DNA of 64,000 nt from Obrimoposthia wandeli (GCA_977020255.1 CDROCS010000506.1:3224001-3288000), one strand, 5' to 3'. Positions 46,180 through 57,479 are shown, numbered from the stretch's first letter. Program-made: numbers and translations. The notes: generated by a model from the letters alone, not told the origin.

Positions 46180-47331
46180 ATGATGATTGAACAATCAAGT
46201 TTGTTCGACAGCATGACAGCAGAGGCGGCCTTTGATGGTCGCCCAGCTCAGTTGTTTGAATTAACAAATAATAACGGCATGCGCATTGTCTTAATGGATA
46301 TTGGCGCTGCATGGCTAAGCTGTAAGGTACCTATAGAGGGGGAATGTCGAGAAGTATTACTTGGTCAAAGTAATATGACTGACTTTCAACTGCAGCAAAG
46401 CTATATGGGCGTAACTGTTGGCCGTGTGGCTAATCGCATCGCCAATGGCCAGTTCTCTATTGCAGGCACTGCATATCAAGTTGATATCAATCAGGCGGGT
46501 AATACCTTACATGGTGGCACTGTAGGATTTGATAAACGCCGTTGGACTGCGACTGATAATCGTAATGAAAAGAATAACGAAAATAATGTCGATAGTAATG
46601 TCGATAGTAATGTTGATAGTAATGTCGAAAATAATGTCGAAAATAATGTCGAAAACAGCATCGAGTTTGAATTAGTTTCACCCGATGGCGATCAGGGCTT
46701 TCCGGGAGAGTTAACGGTTAAAGTTAAATACCAACTGACTGATGATAATGCAGTGGTGATCAGCTATAGCGGTAATACCACCCAAGCAACGCCGATTAAC
46801 TTGACCAACCATGCCTATTTTAATTTGCTAGGCGCGGACAGTGGCCAATTAGCACTAACGCACAGCTTAAGCATAAATAGTGATGCCTTTGTACCGACGA
46901 ATGAAGTTGGGATCCCGACAGGTGAGTGGTTAAACGTTAAAGGTAGCAATTTTGATTTCACCACTGAGAAACGTATTGACCAAGATTTCATGTTAGATAC
47001 GCAACAGCAAGGTGCGAAAGGCTACGACCATGCTTTTGTATTAGCTAAAAGTTGCCGACAAGGGGCATTAGCCGCTACGCTAGCATCGCCTGATAATCTA
47101 ATTAGCTTGAATGTATTTACCAGCAAACCTGCCATACAAGTGTATAGCGGTAATTGGTTAGCAGGTACGCCAAATCGTGATGGAGGTGAGTATCAAGACT
47201 ATGCCGGTATCGCGTTAGAAACTCAGTTTGTACCTGATGCACTCAACCATCCTGATTGGGATCATCCAAGCACCATATTGCAACCTGAAGCTATGTATCA
47301 ACAGCAAACTCGTTACCAGTTTAATTTGTAG
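46180..47331 (+). CDS. galM: Galactose mutarotase (aldose 1-epimerase)
   Basis: GRVANRI, LHGG, DQGFPGEL, NLTNHAYFNL, GYDH, ALETQ. Confidence 0.96.
   Translation: MMIEQSSLFDSMTAEAAFDGRPAQLFELTNNNGMRIVLMDIGAAWLSCKVPIEGECREVLLGQSNMTDFQLQQSYMGVTVGRVANRIANGQFSIAGTAYQVDINQAGNTLHGGTVGFDKRRWTATDNRNEKNNENNVDSNVDSNVDSNVENNVENNVENSIEFELVSPDGDQGFPGELTVKVKYQLTDDNAVVISYSGNTTQATPINLTNHAYFNLLGADSGQLALTHSLSINSDAFVPTNEVGIPTGEWLNVKGSNFDFTTEKRIDQDFMLDTQQQGAKGYDHAFVLAKSCRQGALAATLASPDNLISLNVFTSKPAIQVYSGNWLAGTPNRDGGEYQDYAGIALETQFVPDALNHPDWDHPSTILQPEAMYQQQTRYQFNL
46573..46656 (+). repeat. In-frame 12-bp tandem repeat (7 units) inside galM
   Basis: aatgtcgatagt / aatgtcgaaaat units encoding NNEN-NVDS-NVDS-NVDS-NVEN-NVEN-NVEN. 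Confidence 0.95.
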
Positions 47332-47532
47332 TCTGATTCTTTTTACATTTTTTATTACGACAGCATTTCCTCTATTATTTCCTCTATAAAGTCCTTACCA
47401 GTCGCGAGGGCTTGATAGATGCTAATCAGGCACAAATAAATGCGGCTTAGATCATAGTTAGGTTAATTTTTTAATGCAAAAGACTGAGATTACTTATATT
47501 ACTAGGTAAGTGATTGGTTTTATGGTGGTCAA

Positions 47533-50142
47533 ATGTCTTTAAAGAAAAAAAGTATTATTGCGCTGGGCTTTTATGCTTGTTTACTCATGACCATCATTGC
47601 TAGCATTACTTATTATGTCGTCGAACCTCCTATCCGTGATAATCTCGAAAATAACCTTAATTTAAGGACTCAATTACTGTCGCATGAAATTGAAGAGCCT
47701 TTAGAGCGTTCAGTCGCTAATTTACATGGGTTAGTCGGCGTCGCGGTAAGTGGTTATCCTATTGATGTACTCGAAAAAATGATTTTTTCGGTATTTAACC
47801 AGAGTAATGACATCATCATCAGTGCTGGTATCTGGCCTGAACCCAACACTTTAATCCCAGCCAAAAACTTAGCGAGCTTATTCTTTTCCCGAGATGAACA
47901 GGGCAATGTCGAATTCATTAATGATTATAACAACCCTGCTGCAGCGCCTTATCAGTTAGAGCCTTGGTATACTTCTGTCGCCCACGAAAATAGTCATCTT
48001 AAAATATCATGGTCTGCGGTATACGTGGATCCTTTCACCAAGCAAAAAATGATCACTGCATCTCAACCGTATTTTAATGATGGTCAATTTGCGGGTGTGG
48101 CCACAATTGATATTTCGTTAAAAGGCATGGTCGGTTTTATAGAATCTCATGCCGAAGAACATCAATTAGGAGTGCGTGTTTACAGCGAAAGTATCGCCAT
48201 TGCAGACTATAAATTCAATGTCATAGAAGGGATGTACGTTGTTCAAAATAGCCTAAGTAATTTTAACTGGCAGCTTGAAGTGATCAATTCTCACAATACC
48301 GTAGCTGATGATGTTTATACCCAAATAGTTAATATTGAAATGGGTATTATCCCGCTCTTATTGATCTGCGTGATTATTGGTTATTACATTATCAGCCATG
48401 GGTTAATTAACCCGATCACCAGAATATCAAAACAGATTGATAACAATGATGTTGGTGAGGCTATCGATATTAATTATCGTTATAAAGATGAAATTGCCAA
48501 TTTGATCGGCTCTTTTAATAAGAAGACTGAATATCTTGAAATAGAAAAAATAAAAGCGGAATCATCCACCAAAGCCAAAACCTCTTTTTTAGCCAATATG
48601 TCTCATGAAATCCGCACGCCGTTAAATGGTATTATTGGCATGTCGGATATTCTTGCTAGCACAGAGTTGACCCCTGTACAGGTTGAATATTTACAAACCA
48701 TAGACACCTCATCGAAAATATTATTATTACTGATTAACGATATTTTAGACTTATCGAAAATAGAATCTGGTCATCTTGTGCTGGTGGCTCAGGAATCGAA
48801 TGTCGCTGAAGTTGTGTATGACACAGTCACGATTGTACAGAGTAAAGCCGCTGATAAAGGCTTATCGTTACACATTGAATTATCGCCAGAACTGCCAGAA
48901 TTAGTGATGATAGATGCTCACCGTTTACATCAAATATTGATGAACCTGATGTCGAATGCGGTTAAGTTTACCCTGCAGGGATCTGTGACGGTATCGGTGG
49001 GCTATGAATCGCAAGGCTGTGACGCTGAAGGTAAGGGCAGAGGACGATTACTATTTACAGTGCAGGATACTGGAATAGGGATTGGTGAGGATAAATTAGA
49101 TCAAGTATTTGCGCCTTTTATTCAGGAAGATGGCTCTATCACCCGTCAGTTTGGTGGTACCGGACTTGGGTTAGCAATATGCCGTCAATTAGTGGTGTTA
49201 CTCGGTGGTGAGATTAAACTAGAGTCTGAAAAGGGCGTTGGCAGTAAGTTTTATTTTGCACTTGATGTGGCCGTTATTGAACCTAAAAGTACCGCGTTAA
49301 CAAGCTTTAATAGTATGCCATGTTTAATTATCAGTGAGAAAAATAAGGATGCACTGCAACCACAATCTCAATCTCAATCTCAATCTCAGCTGCAAGCGGA
49401 ATGCTTAAAATGGGGGATTAACCCAACAGTGATAACGCCAGATACTGATTTTATGGCGCTTGCGAAGCGATATGAACTGATTATTTATTGTCAAAATAGC
49501 ACCGCAGAGACACTCGTTAATATCGAAAAATTGCATGGTTTAGATCATAATCCTGCTTTGATTATTTGCGTACAACAGAATAAGTATATTGATTTGAACC
49601 ACTCGGTCTTTAAGCAAAGTCTGGATGGTTTGATCACTATGCCTCTGTTAGGAAAACGTTTTGCGAAAGTAGTGCGTAAGGCGCTAGATAAATCACAGCC
49701 AAGTCGCTTAGCAACTAGCGCGTTAAAACTAAAAATAGGCAAAGAAGAAGGCAATGTAGAGAGTGACAAAAAAATCATTTTAGTTGTCGAAGATAACCTC
49801 ATTAATCAAAAAGTGGCGACGTTATTACTCAAAAAAGAAGGTTTCATTGTAGCCTTAGCAAATAACGGCAAAGAAGCGTTAGAGATGATCCAAGCTGAAT
49901 CGCTCGAGTATTCTCTAGTATTAATGGATTGTATGATGCCGGTTATGGATGGTTTCACTGCCACCGGAGCGATCCGTGAATGGGAACAACAGCAAACGAA
50001 AAAGCGCTTACCTATTATCGCGTTAACTGCCAGTGTATTTGTTGAAGATATTGAAAAATGCTACCAATCCGGTATGGATGATTATGTCGCGAAACCTTTT
50101 AATAAAGATGTCGTGTTTGAAAAAATTGCCGCTTATACCTGA
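47533..50142 (+). CDS. Hybrid sensor histidine kinase (periplasmic Cache, HAMP, HisKA, HATPase, degenerate REC, intact REC)
   Basis: [16 protein letters not shown]-box, [22 protein letters not shown] and C-terminal LVLMDCMMP; two TM segments flank the periplasmic domain. Confidence 0.93.
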   Translation: MSLKKKSIIALGFYACLLMTIIASITYYVVEPPIRDNLENNLNLRTQLLSHEIEEPLERSVANLHGLVGVAVSGYPIDVLEKMIFSVFNQSNDIIISAGIWPEPNTLIPAKNLASLFFSRDEQGNVEFINDYNNPAAAPYQLEPWYTSVAHENSHLKISWSAVYVDPFTKQKMITASQPYFNDGQFAGVATIDISLKGMVGFIESHAEEHQLGVRVYSESIAIADYKFNVIEGMYVVQNSLSNFNWQLEVINSHNTVADDVYTQIVNIEMGIIPLLLICVIIGYYIISHGLINPITRISKQIDNNDVGEAIDINYRYKDEIANLIGSFNKKTEYLEIEKIKAESSTKAKTSFLANMSHEIRTPLNGIIGMSDILASTELTPVQVEYLQTIDTSSKILLLLINDILDLSKIESGHLVLVAQESNVAEVVYDTVTIVQSKAADKGLSLHIELSPELPELVMIDAHRLHQILMNLMSNAVKFTLQGSVTVSVGYESQGCDAEGKGRGRLLFTVQDTGIGIGEDKLDQVFAPFIQEDGSITRQFGGTGLGLAICRQLVVLLGGEIKLESEKGVGSKFYFALDVAVIEPKSTALTSFNSMPCLIISEKNKDALQPQSQSQSQSQLQAECLKWGINPTVITPDTDFMALAKRYELIIYCQNSTAETLVNIEKLHGLDHNPALIICVQQNKYIDLNHSVFKQSLDGLITMPLLGKRFAKVVRKALDKSQPSRLATSALKLKIGKEEGNVESDKKIILVVEDNLINQKVATLLLKKEGFIVALANNGKEALEMIQAESLEYSLVLMDCMMPVMDGFTATGAIREWEQQQTKKRLPIIALTASVFVEDIEKCYQSGMDDYVAKPFNKDVVFEKIAAYT
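49363..49386 (+). repeat. (CAATCT)4 in-frame repeat encoding QSQSQSQS in the kinase
   Basis: Four perfect hexamers in the degenerate receiver/linker region. Confidence 0.9.
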
Positions 50143-50219
50143 TATGACGAGCCTAAGCAGTTCATTGTTTAGGCCCATCATTCAGTCTTTTGCAGTGCGT
50201 TAAGTTAAGTCGATTTAAG

Positions 50220-51221
50220 TTAAGTGCGTTTCGCGACGGATAATCGTTCCACCAATATAGCCTCAAATACCTTGCCCTTAATGTCACTATTATTGCCTTT
50301 GGCGAGCGCTAAAGATAATTCAGCTGCTTGCTCGGCCATCGTCTGAATTGGATAGTGCATGGTCGTCAGTTTAGGATGCAAGTACTTGGCAATCAAACCA
50401 TTATCAAATCCCATCAAAGATATATCATTCGGTACAGCAATATGTTGTTTCTCAAGTGCTGCTAATGCCCCTGCTGCGACATAATCGTTATAACAAACCA
50501 CGGCTGTAATCGGTAAATCACGCGCTAACAGGTCTGCCATCGCTGCTTCACCGCCTTCATCTGTTGGTTGGCCTTCTGTAATATATGCCTCACGTGGCGC
50601 AATATCATGGCTAATTAATGCTTGTAGATAACCTGCTTTGCGATGTGCTGAGTCATCAATATCATGGCAAGAGTTAATATAAGCAATGTGCTGGTGGCCT
50701 TGAGCTATTAAATGCTGAGTGGCTAAGTTGGCACCTTGCTGATTGTCTAACGCAATGCAGCGTTCTGCAATCTCTGGAATATGGCGATTGATGAGGACGA
50801 GTCCTGGCACTTCTTCGGCAAATTGAAGCAGCTCTTGGTCCGTTAATGCTTTGGAGTGAATGACTAATGAGTCACAACGGTTATTGATGAGTAATTCAAT
50901 TGCTTCTTTCTCGGTGGTGGCGTTGTGGTAGCCATTACCAATGAGCAAATGTTTTTGATGTGCACGCGCGACATTATCAACGGCTTTAATTAAAACGCCA
51001 AAAAATGGATCGGATACATCACCAACCATTACCCCGATAGTATTCGTGCTTTTATTTACCAGCGCTCGAGCATTGGCGTTAGGGCGATAAGCTAAGGCTT
51101 TCATTGCCGCATTAACAGATGTGATAGCAGCCTTGCTAGCTTTCGGTGACTTGTTGACGACTCTTGAGACTGTGGCAACTGATACGCCAGCTGCTTTTGC
51201 TACATCTTTGATCGTTGCCAT
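50220..51221 (-). CDS. galR: Galactose repressor (GalR/GalS)
   Basis: MATIKDVAKAAGVSVATVSRVVN, YRPNANARAL, VSDPFFG, LIGNGYH. Confidence 0.92.
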   Translation of the reverse strand: MATIKDVAKAAGVSVATVSRVVNKSPKASKAAITSVNAAMKALAYRPNANARALVNKSTNTIGVMVGDVSDPFFGVLIKAVDNVARAHQKHLLIGNGYHNATTEKEAIELLINNRCDSLVIHSKALTDQELLQFAEEVPGLVLINRHIPEIAERCIALDNQQGANLATQHLIAQGHQHIAYINSCHDIDDSAHRKAGYLQALISHDIAPREAYITEGQPTDEGGEAAMADLLARDLPITAVVCYNDYVAAGALAALEKQHIAVPNDISLMGFDNGLIAKYLHPKLTTMHYPIQTMAEQAAELSLALAKGNNSDIKGKVFEAILVERLSVAKRT

Positions 51222-51310
51222 AATAAGACTTTTAATCCTTTAATTTGATCGAGTTAATATTTTAGTAAACGTTTTATTTTATTTGCTTGAACAATCGCGC
51301 AGTATTGATA

Positions 51311-51326
51311 ATGTAAACGTTACCAC
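51311..51326. promoter_or_regulatory. GalR-type operator between galR and the ygjH-like gene
   Basis: ATGTAAACGTTACCAC (reverse complement GTGGTAACGTTTACAT) differs by one base from the galE operator. A weaker copy lies near 51263. Confidence 0.78.
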
Positions 51327-51345
51327 AAACTAAAGTTAAGGATAA

Positions 51346-51684
<339 letters not shown>

Positions 51685-51751
51685 AGCAGTTCCCTCCCTT
51701 TTTTGAGGGGAGGGCTAGGGTGGGGTCATGTCTTTATCGAATCCCAGATAC

Positions 51752-51781
51752 AAAAAAACCGGCGAGGTGACTCGCCGGTTT
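51752..51781 (-). terminator. Terminator of the HAAAP permease
   Basis: aaccggcgag-gtga-ctcgccggtt with a T7 tail on the minus strand. Confidence 0.85.
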
Positions 51782-51839
51782 CGTTCGTACTAATCTTAAG
51801 TGCTGTTATTACCAGTACTTTTATTCAGTTAGGTGCGGT

Positions 51840-53180
51840 TTAGAATGCGCCGTAGATAACTGAAGTGATAGCCATAAGACCACAGATAGTAACGAAGATG
51901 TTAGCTGCTTTAGCGCTAGCATATTTTTGCATTGCAGGTACTTTCTTGATTGCGTACATAGGCATTAGGAACAAGATAGCAGCAATCATTGGTGCGCCAA
52001 TTGTTTCGATAAGACCTAGTACACTTGGGTTGATAATTGCTACAGCCCATGTAGTTAGTACGATGAATGCAATAGAGAATGTGCTGATGTTCTTCTCTGA
52101 TGCTTTTGGCACAACTTGCTTAACTAGACCGTTTAGACCTTCTTGAGCACCTAAGTAGTGACCGAAGTAGCTAGACGTAATCGCTGCGAATGCTACGAAA
52201 GGACCGAAGTATTGAATTAATACTGAGTCATGTACGTTAGCAAGGTAAGACAAGATTGAGATGTTTTGATCTTTAGCTTCTGCTAGTTGCTCTGGTGATA
52301 GTGATAACACACAAGAGAATACGAATAGCATTACGAAACCAAGTAGCATTTGACCAGCACGTTTACAGATAAGGTCAGTTTTTTGTACTGCGTTGTCACC
52401 GTAAGTTTCACGTTGTGCTTTAGCAAACTGGCTGATTACTGGTGAATGGTTGAACGAGAACACAATAAGTGGAATCGATAACCAGATAACAGGTAAGAAC
52501 GAAGATGCTTCAGGAACAACAGTTAACATTGTTGTGTTCCAGCTCGGGATTAAGAATAAAGATAAACCGAACAGGATGAATACTAGTGGGTAAACTAATG
52601 CAGATGTTGCTTTAAGCATTAAGTCTTTACCGAATAGAATCAGTGCAGTCATAACTAAAATTAGACCACCAGATAGTAACCAACGTGGGATACCGCTTAC
52701 TTTATCCATTAACTGAACACCAGCTTCGTTAAGCAAAGGTGCGCCATCAGCCGCTAGGCGTGGGATTTCAGTAAAGATATCAAGTTGGTTAACAATGAAA
52801 CTTTCAAATGTGTTTGTAATACCAACACCGTAGATTAGTACGATAGGGTAAATAGCAAAGAAGTAAGCAAATGTAATTAATTTTGCAGCGCCTTTACCGA
52901 AATGCTCTTCTACAACATCTGTGATGTCTGAATTAGGATTTTTTGATGATAGTACGAAACGAGCAAGTGATCTATGCGCTAACCAAGTCATTGGACCCGC
53001 AAGTAATGCTAGTACTACTAATGGCCAAAAACCACCTAAGCCTGCTTTAATAGGTAGGAATAAAACACCAGCACCTACTGCTGTGCCGAATAAACTTAAT
53101 ACCCATGTTGTGTCTGCTTTGTTCCATTTAGCAGCGTCCATAGTGCTTCCTGCGCCTGTTTTAGTAGCTTGCTCTGACAT
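51840..53180 (-). CDS. HAAAP-family serine/threonine:H+ permease (SdaC-like)
   Basis: [36 protein letters not shown]. Confidence 0.92.
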   Translation of the reverse strand: MSEQATKTGAGSTMDAAKWNKADTTWVLSLFGTAVGAGVLFLPIKAGLGGFWPLVVLALLAGPMTWLAHRSLARFVLSSKNPNSDITDVVEEHFGKGAAKLITFAYFFAIYPIVLIYGVGITNTFESFIVNQLDIFTEIPRLAADGAPLLNEAGVQLMDKVSGIPRWLLSGGLILVMTALILFGKDLMLKATSALVYPLVFILFGLSLFLIPSWNTTMLTVVPEASSFLPVIWLSIPLIVFSFNHSPVISQFAKAQRETYGDNAVQKTDLICKRAGQMLLGFVMLFVFSCVLSLSPEQLAEAKDQNISILSYLANVHDSVLIQYFGPFVAFAAITSSYFGHYLGAQEGLNGLVKQVVPKASEKNISTFSIAFIVLTTWAVAIINPSVLGLIETIGAPMIAAILFLMPMYAIKKVPAMQKYASAKAANIFVTICGLMAITSVIYGAF

Positions 53181-54084
53181 TACTTTCTCACTTGTTTTTT
53201 TATACTCAATCTCAACTGCTGCATAGGATAATGATTTGAATTTTATTTAAAGTGATGTAGATCGCTTTTTTGATTCGAACCTAAAAAAATACCCGTATTT
53301 ATCAAAATAATTTGATGTTTTACGTATTTATTATTAACAACCTTTGTTTTTGTGTGTTTATTGTACTTGTTATTGTTTTTAGGCTATTTAAAACTTCTAA
53401 CCATTCATTTATTGGTGTTTTATACTGCTTTTTTGGTATTTTGCAGTGTAAAGGTTGTTCCTATAAAATATCATAAAGTACCATTGTAGCCATTAAGGGG
53501 TATTTTTATCATTTTTAACAAGTTGGCATCAATTGATTTGTATACACAGATCACACTAATGATTGCAGGCCTCAACTTTATTTGAACACTGCTTTTAGCC
53601 GTTTCGAGGTAAAAGTAGTATAACTGCCTAGTTTTGAGTATTCATCTAGTAGTGATGTCGAGTTTTAAGCCGATATCTCAGTATCTAAAGAGAATAGATG
53701 CTGAAATGTTTATTGGTCGATTTATGTCACCTATTTATGCTTTGAGTTGATAAAGCCGCTAAATTACGCCGTTATTTATGCCTGAGTGATTTTAGCAAGT
53801 AAGTACGGATTTTAAGCAGTTGAATGGATGGCATGATGAAAATTAATATATTCATGTCATGAACCTGTTGGCGGAAGCTGCTATTTTAAGTCGAGATTGT
53901 TGGTTTGGCGCAACACAATCTTGTTAATTGTTTTTTTGTTAGTTTATTATTGCTCTATTGTGGTTATTTATTGGTTTTAAAACCTGATCTTTGTGGGTTT
54001 TTATAGATTTTAATAGTTGTCTTTGTTGTATTTTTAGGTATAAATCCTACTATTAGTCGAATTTAGCAAATATGGTATGGAATA

Positions 54085-55452
54085 ATGGCAACAGTACAGA
54101 GTAATGATAGTGCAGAACGCGGGCATTTTGGTTCTCGCTTTGGTTTTATAATGGCAGCCGCTGGTTCTGCTGTTGGTGTTGGTAATATCTGGGGCTTTCC
54201 AACGCAAGCTGCAAGTAATGGCGGCGGCGCGTTCTTAATGGTCTACATGTTCCTGATCTTCTTATTGGGTTATCCAATGTTAGTTGCAGAACTTATGGTT
54301 GGCCGCCATGGTCAAACTAACCCTGCGGGCGCTATGGCTAAATTAGGCCGTTCACCAGCAACTAAAATGATTGGTGGTTTGATTGGTCTTGCTTCGATTA
54401 TCTGTGCTGGACTGATCTTCAGCTTCTACGCTGTGCTTTCTGGCTGGTTCGTGAGTAACACACTAGCGCCGATTGCCTCGATAGTAGGTGCTGATGAAGT
54501 AAGCCGTTGGTTAATTGATTTCTCGCTATCGCGTAATATCGTATTTACCTTAATATTTGCATTGATGTGTGTTTACGTAATTCAAAAAGGTGTACAAGAC
54601 GGTATTGAGAAATGGTCGAAGCGTTTAATGCCGTTATTATTCGCTATCTTGATTGCGAGCGTTATTTATATCTTGTTTCAACCTGGCGCAATGGATGGTG
54701 TTGAAGCATTATTTACAGTCGACTTTGAAACAGTGATGCATCCTGATGTACTCATTGGTGCACTTGGTCAGACATTCTTCTCGTTGTCGATTGGTACGGG
54801 CGTAATGATGATCTATGGTTCATACCTTAAAGCAAATGAAAACATCAGTAAGTTAGCTGTGCACGTTACCTTTATGGATACCGGTGTTGCTTTCCTAGCG
54901 GCGATGTTGATCTTACCTGCTATGTATGTTGCTAAGCATAATGGTGTGACAATTTTTGATGCTGACGGTAACTTACTGAGTTCTGATACATTAGTGTTTA
55001 CAGTATTACCTGCATTGTTTGCGACTATGGGCGCTGCAGAACATGTTGTTGCGATTATCTTCTTTGCATTGATGTCTGTTGCTGCATTAACGTCAGCAAT
55101 GTCGGTAGTTGAAGTACCAACGAGTTATATTGTTGATAAAACGTCAATGTCACGTAAGAAAGTAACTTGGATTGTTGGTGCGGTATTAACTGCATTAGCT
55201 ATGGTCGTTGTGAGTAACTTCGACTTTATGTTTGGCTTTATGATTAAGATATCGACTGAAATTATTCAGCCCTTAGTATGCTTAGGTCTTGCTATCTTTG
55301 TGGGTTGGGTATGGCATCGTAATAGCCTATTGACTGAAATTAAAGGTCAAGATGGTGCTGACGTAAATGGTATATTCTGGAAAGTATGGCCATTGTATGT
55401 GAAGTTTGTTTGTCCTGCTTTAATCATTGTATTAATTAGTACATCGCTTTAA
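54085..55452 (+). CDS. Sodium-dependent transporter, NSS/SNF family
   Basis: RGHFGSRFGFIMAAAGSAVGVGNIWGFP, GQTFFSLSIG, YGSY. Confidence 0.94.
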   Translation: MATVQSNDSAERGHFGSRFGFIMAAAGSAVGVGNIWGFPTQAASNGGGAFLMVYMFLIFLLGYPMLVAELMVGRHGQTNPAGAMAKLGRSPATKMIGGLIGLASIICAGLIFSFYAVLSGWFVSNTLAPIASIVGADEVSRWLIDFSLSRNIVFTLIFALMCVYVIQKGVQDGIEKWSKRLMPLLFAILIASVIYILFQPGAMDGVEALFTVDFETVMHPDVLIGALGQTFFSLSIGTGVMMIYGSYLKANENISKLAVHVTFMDTGVAFLAAMLILPAMYVAKHNGVTIFDADGNLLSSDTLVFTVLPALFATMGAAEHVVAIIFFALMSVAALTSAMSVVEVPTSYIVDKTSMSRKKVTWIVGAVLTALAMVVVSNFDFMFGFMIKISTEIIQPLVCLGLAIFVGWVWHRNSLLTEIKGQDGADVNGIFWKVWPLYVKFVCPALIIVLISTSL

Positions 55453-55552
55453 TGATAGCCAAAATCTCAATAGGTCATAAAATGAAGAATGGATAGAGAT
55501 ACTTATTGAGGCTTAAGTTTAGGTTAGGTTTAGGTTGAGGTAGTAAGTGTAT

Positions 55553-55582
55553 AAAGCCCAGTAGAGCGATCTACTGGGCTTT
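55553..55582 (+). terminator. 30-bp palindromic terminator, copy 1
   Basis: aaagcccagtagagcgatctactgggcttt followed by a T-tract; identical to 56856-56885. Confidence 0.9.
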
Positions 55583-55812
55583 TTGTTTTTTTGGTTGTTG
55601 TTCTCTCACATTGTTTATCATTAATCTTCATAAATACTGACCACCGGATCACCTTTTGGCATAAAAAGTATCGTTACAACATCAATTTCGTAGAAAGGAA
55701 CTACGCTTGACTAGTAGTCAATGTAAGAGGCAACAACTTACCTTGAATATAAAGAATACTTTGGTTAAATAAAAAATGACTTAAACAACGACTTAAAAAA
55801 CAAGGATGGAGC

Positions 55813-56814
55813 ATGAAAAATACTTTATTAGTCACCGCTATTCTCGCTAGTCTGGTTCCTACTGCACACGCTACCGTGAATGTTTACAAAGATGATGCTA
55901 ATCAGGTGGATTTGTATGGTCGAGCTTACGCGGCTTATATTTACCAAGATGGTAAAGGTACAGAGAGTGACGGTCGTTCAGATAGCTATTTCCGTACTGG
56001 CTTTAAAGCTTCTTCAAATTTAAATGGTGATTTAACAGCGCTCGGGCATATTGAGATGCAATTTGAATCCAAAGATAACAATGATGCTAACTCAGAATCT
56101 AAAACGCGTTTGATGTATGCCGGATTGAAAAATGATGGCGGGCAACTGACGTTTGGTCGTAACTATGCCGCAGATGAAATCATTGCTGATTGGGCTGATG
56201 CCGGTACCACCAACTATTCGGGTAACCCAGCACTCGGTAACTTAGGTCGACAAGCTAATATTTTAAAACTTGAAGCTAAGATGCTTGATGATAACCTTAA
56301 CTTAGTGGCGCATGTGCAACCAGAATCCAGCGTTGATGCTAGTACAGGTAAAAATAGTCAATCAAGTTATGCAGTAGGCGGTGTGTATGGCTTTGATTTT
56401 GGGCTGGAATTAGGTGCAACCTATACAGGTGTTATGATAGAAGATTATGGTTTAAGCCCAGATTATGACCGTTCTACTATCCTTGTTGCAGCGCGTTATA
56501 AGCTGAAAGGTTTAACCGCTTCTATTGTCGGTGATAGCACTTCTGTTGATACGCCTAATACAGCCGGCGCTAAAGATGGTAATGACTGGATGGCTTATGA
56601 ACTTTCACTTGCTTACAGCTTAGATAAGCTAACGGGCACGGTTACTTATAAACAACGTGATACCGATACGATAAATGATAACACGGTCGATCAAACGGCA
56701 CTTGGTCTGGCTTATAAGTTCAATGGTAACTTCCGATTAGTGACTGAGTATGTGATTGATGGCGTTGATGGAAATGAAGATCAGTTACACATGGCTGCAC
56801 GATATGATTTCTAG
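55813..56814 (+). CDS. Gram-negative general porin
   Basis: Signal peptide AHA-TV, YKDD..QVDLYG, amphipathic beta strands, terminal RYDF. Confidence 0.9.
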   Translation: MKNTLLVTAILASLVPTAHATVNVYKDDANQVDLYGRAYAAYIYQDGKGTESDGRSDSYFRTGFKASSNLNGDLTALGHIEMQFESKDNNDANSESKTRLMYAGLKNDGGQLTFGRNYAADEIIADWADAGTTNYSGNPALGNLGRQANILKLEAKMLDDNLNLVAHVQPESSVDASTGKNSQSSYAVGGVYGFDFGLELGATYTGVMIEDYGLSPDYDRSTILVAARYKLKGLTASIVGDSTSVDTPNTAGAKDGNDWMAYELSLAYSLDKLTGTVTYKQRDTDTINDNTVDQTALGLAYKFNGNFRLVTEYVIDGVDGNEDQLHMAARYDF

Positions 56815-56855
56815 TTAATCTCTTGGTTATTATTTTATTATTAAGTGCGCACAAA

Positions 56856-56885
56856 AAAGCCCAGTAGAGCGATCTACTGGGCTTT
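56856..56885. terminator. 30-bp palindromic terminator, copy 2
   Basis: Identical sequence in the same orientation, preceded by an A-tract (so it terminates ybaK on the minus strand). Confidence 0.9.
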
Positions 56886-56958
56886 ACTTTGATAGATTTA
56901 GACTTTAGGTTTTAACTTTAGATTTCGACGTTAGATAGTTGGCCGTAGCTGCTAATGA

Positions 56959-57429
56959 CTATTCATTGCTAATAGCAGCAAACTCGGCGTTGGTTAACTG
57001 CTTTAAGTCTAGTGGGCTAAGTTCGATCTCCAAGCCTCGGCGACCAGCACTCACATAGATCGTCTCATGATCTTGTGCTGAGTTATCAATCACGGTTAAT
57101 AGCCGTTTCTTTTGTCCTAACGGACTAACCCCACCCAGTACATAACCTGTCGAACGCATCACATCATCTTTGTTCGCCATTACTGCTTTCTTGGCTTTGG
57201 CGGCCTTGGCAATGGCTTTTAAATTGAGCATCGCGGTGACAGGGACGACAGCAACGACCAGCTTTTTATCACCTATATCCACCACTAAGGTTTTGAATAT
57301 GCGCTCAGCAGCGACAGCCATTTTTTCTGCCGCCTCTAAGCCATACGACTCGGCATTTGAATCATGCTTATATTCATGGGTCTTGTGAGCTACCTTTGCC
57401 TTTTTCGCTAATTGTACTGCTGGAGTCAT
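56959..57429 (-). CDS. ybaK: Cys-tRNA(Pro) deacylase
   Basis: MTPA, IFKTLV, TGYVLGGVSPLGQKKRL, VSAGRRG. Confidence 0.95.
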   Translation of the reverse strand: MTPAVQLAKKAKVAHKTHEYKHDSNAESYGLEAAEKMAVAAERIFKTLVVDIGDKKLVVAVVPVTAMLNLKAIAKAAKAKKAVMANKDDVMRSTGYVLGGVSPLGQKKRLLTVIDNSAQDHETIYVSAGRRGLEIELSPLDLKQLTNAEFAAISNE

Positions 57430-57479
57430 GGTATTTATTCAGCCTTATTAAAGTCGTTTTGTTAAATATCACTGTCTTA

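Noticed and set aside
56959-57429. ybaK as part of the ebg-ygjH tRNA-protection hypothesis
   Set aside because: It is 5 kb from ygjH, separated by unrelated transporters, appears co-transcribed with the Kef-like gene and has no gal operator; it is a normal housekeeping editing factor.
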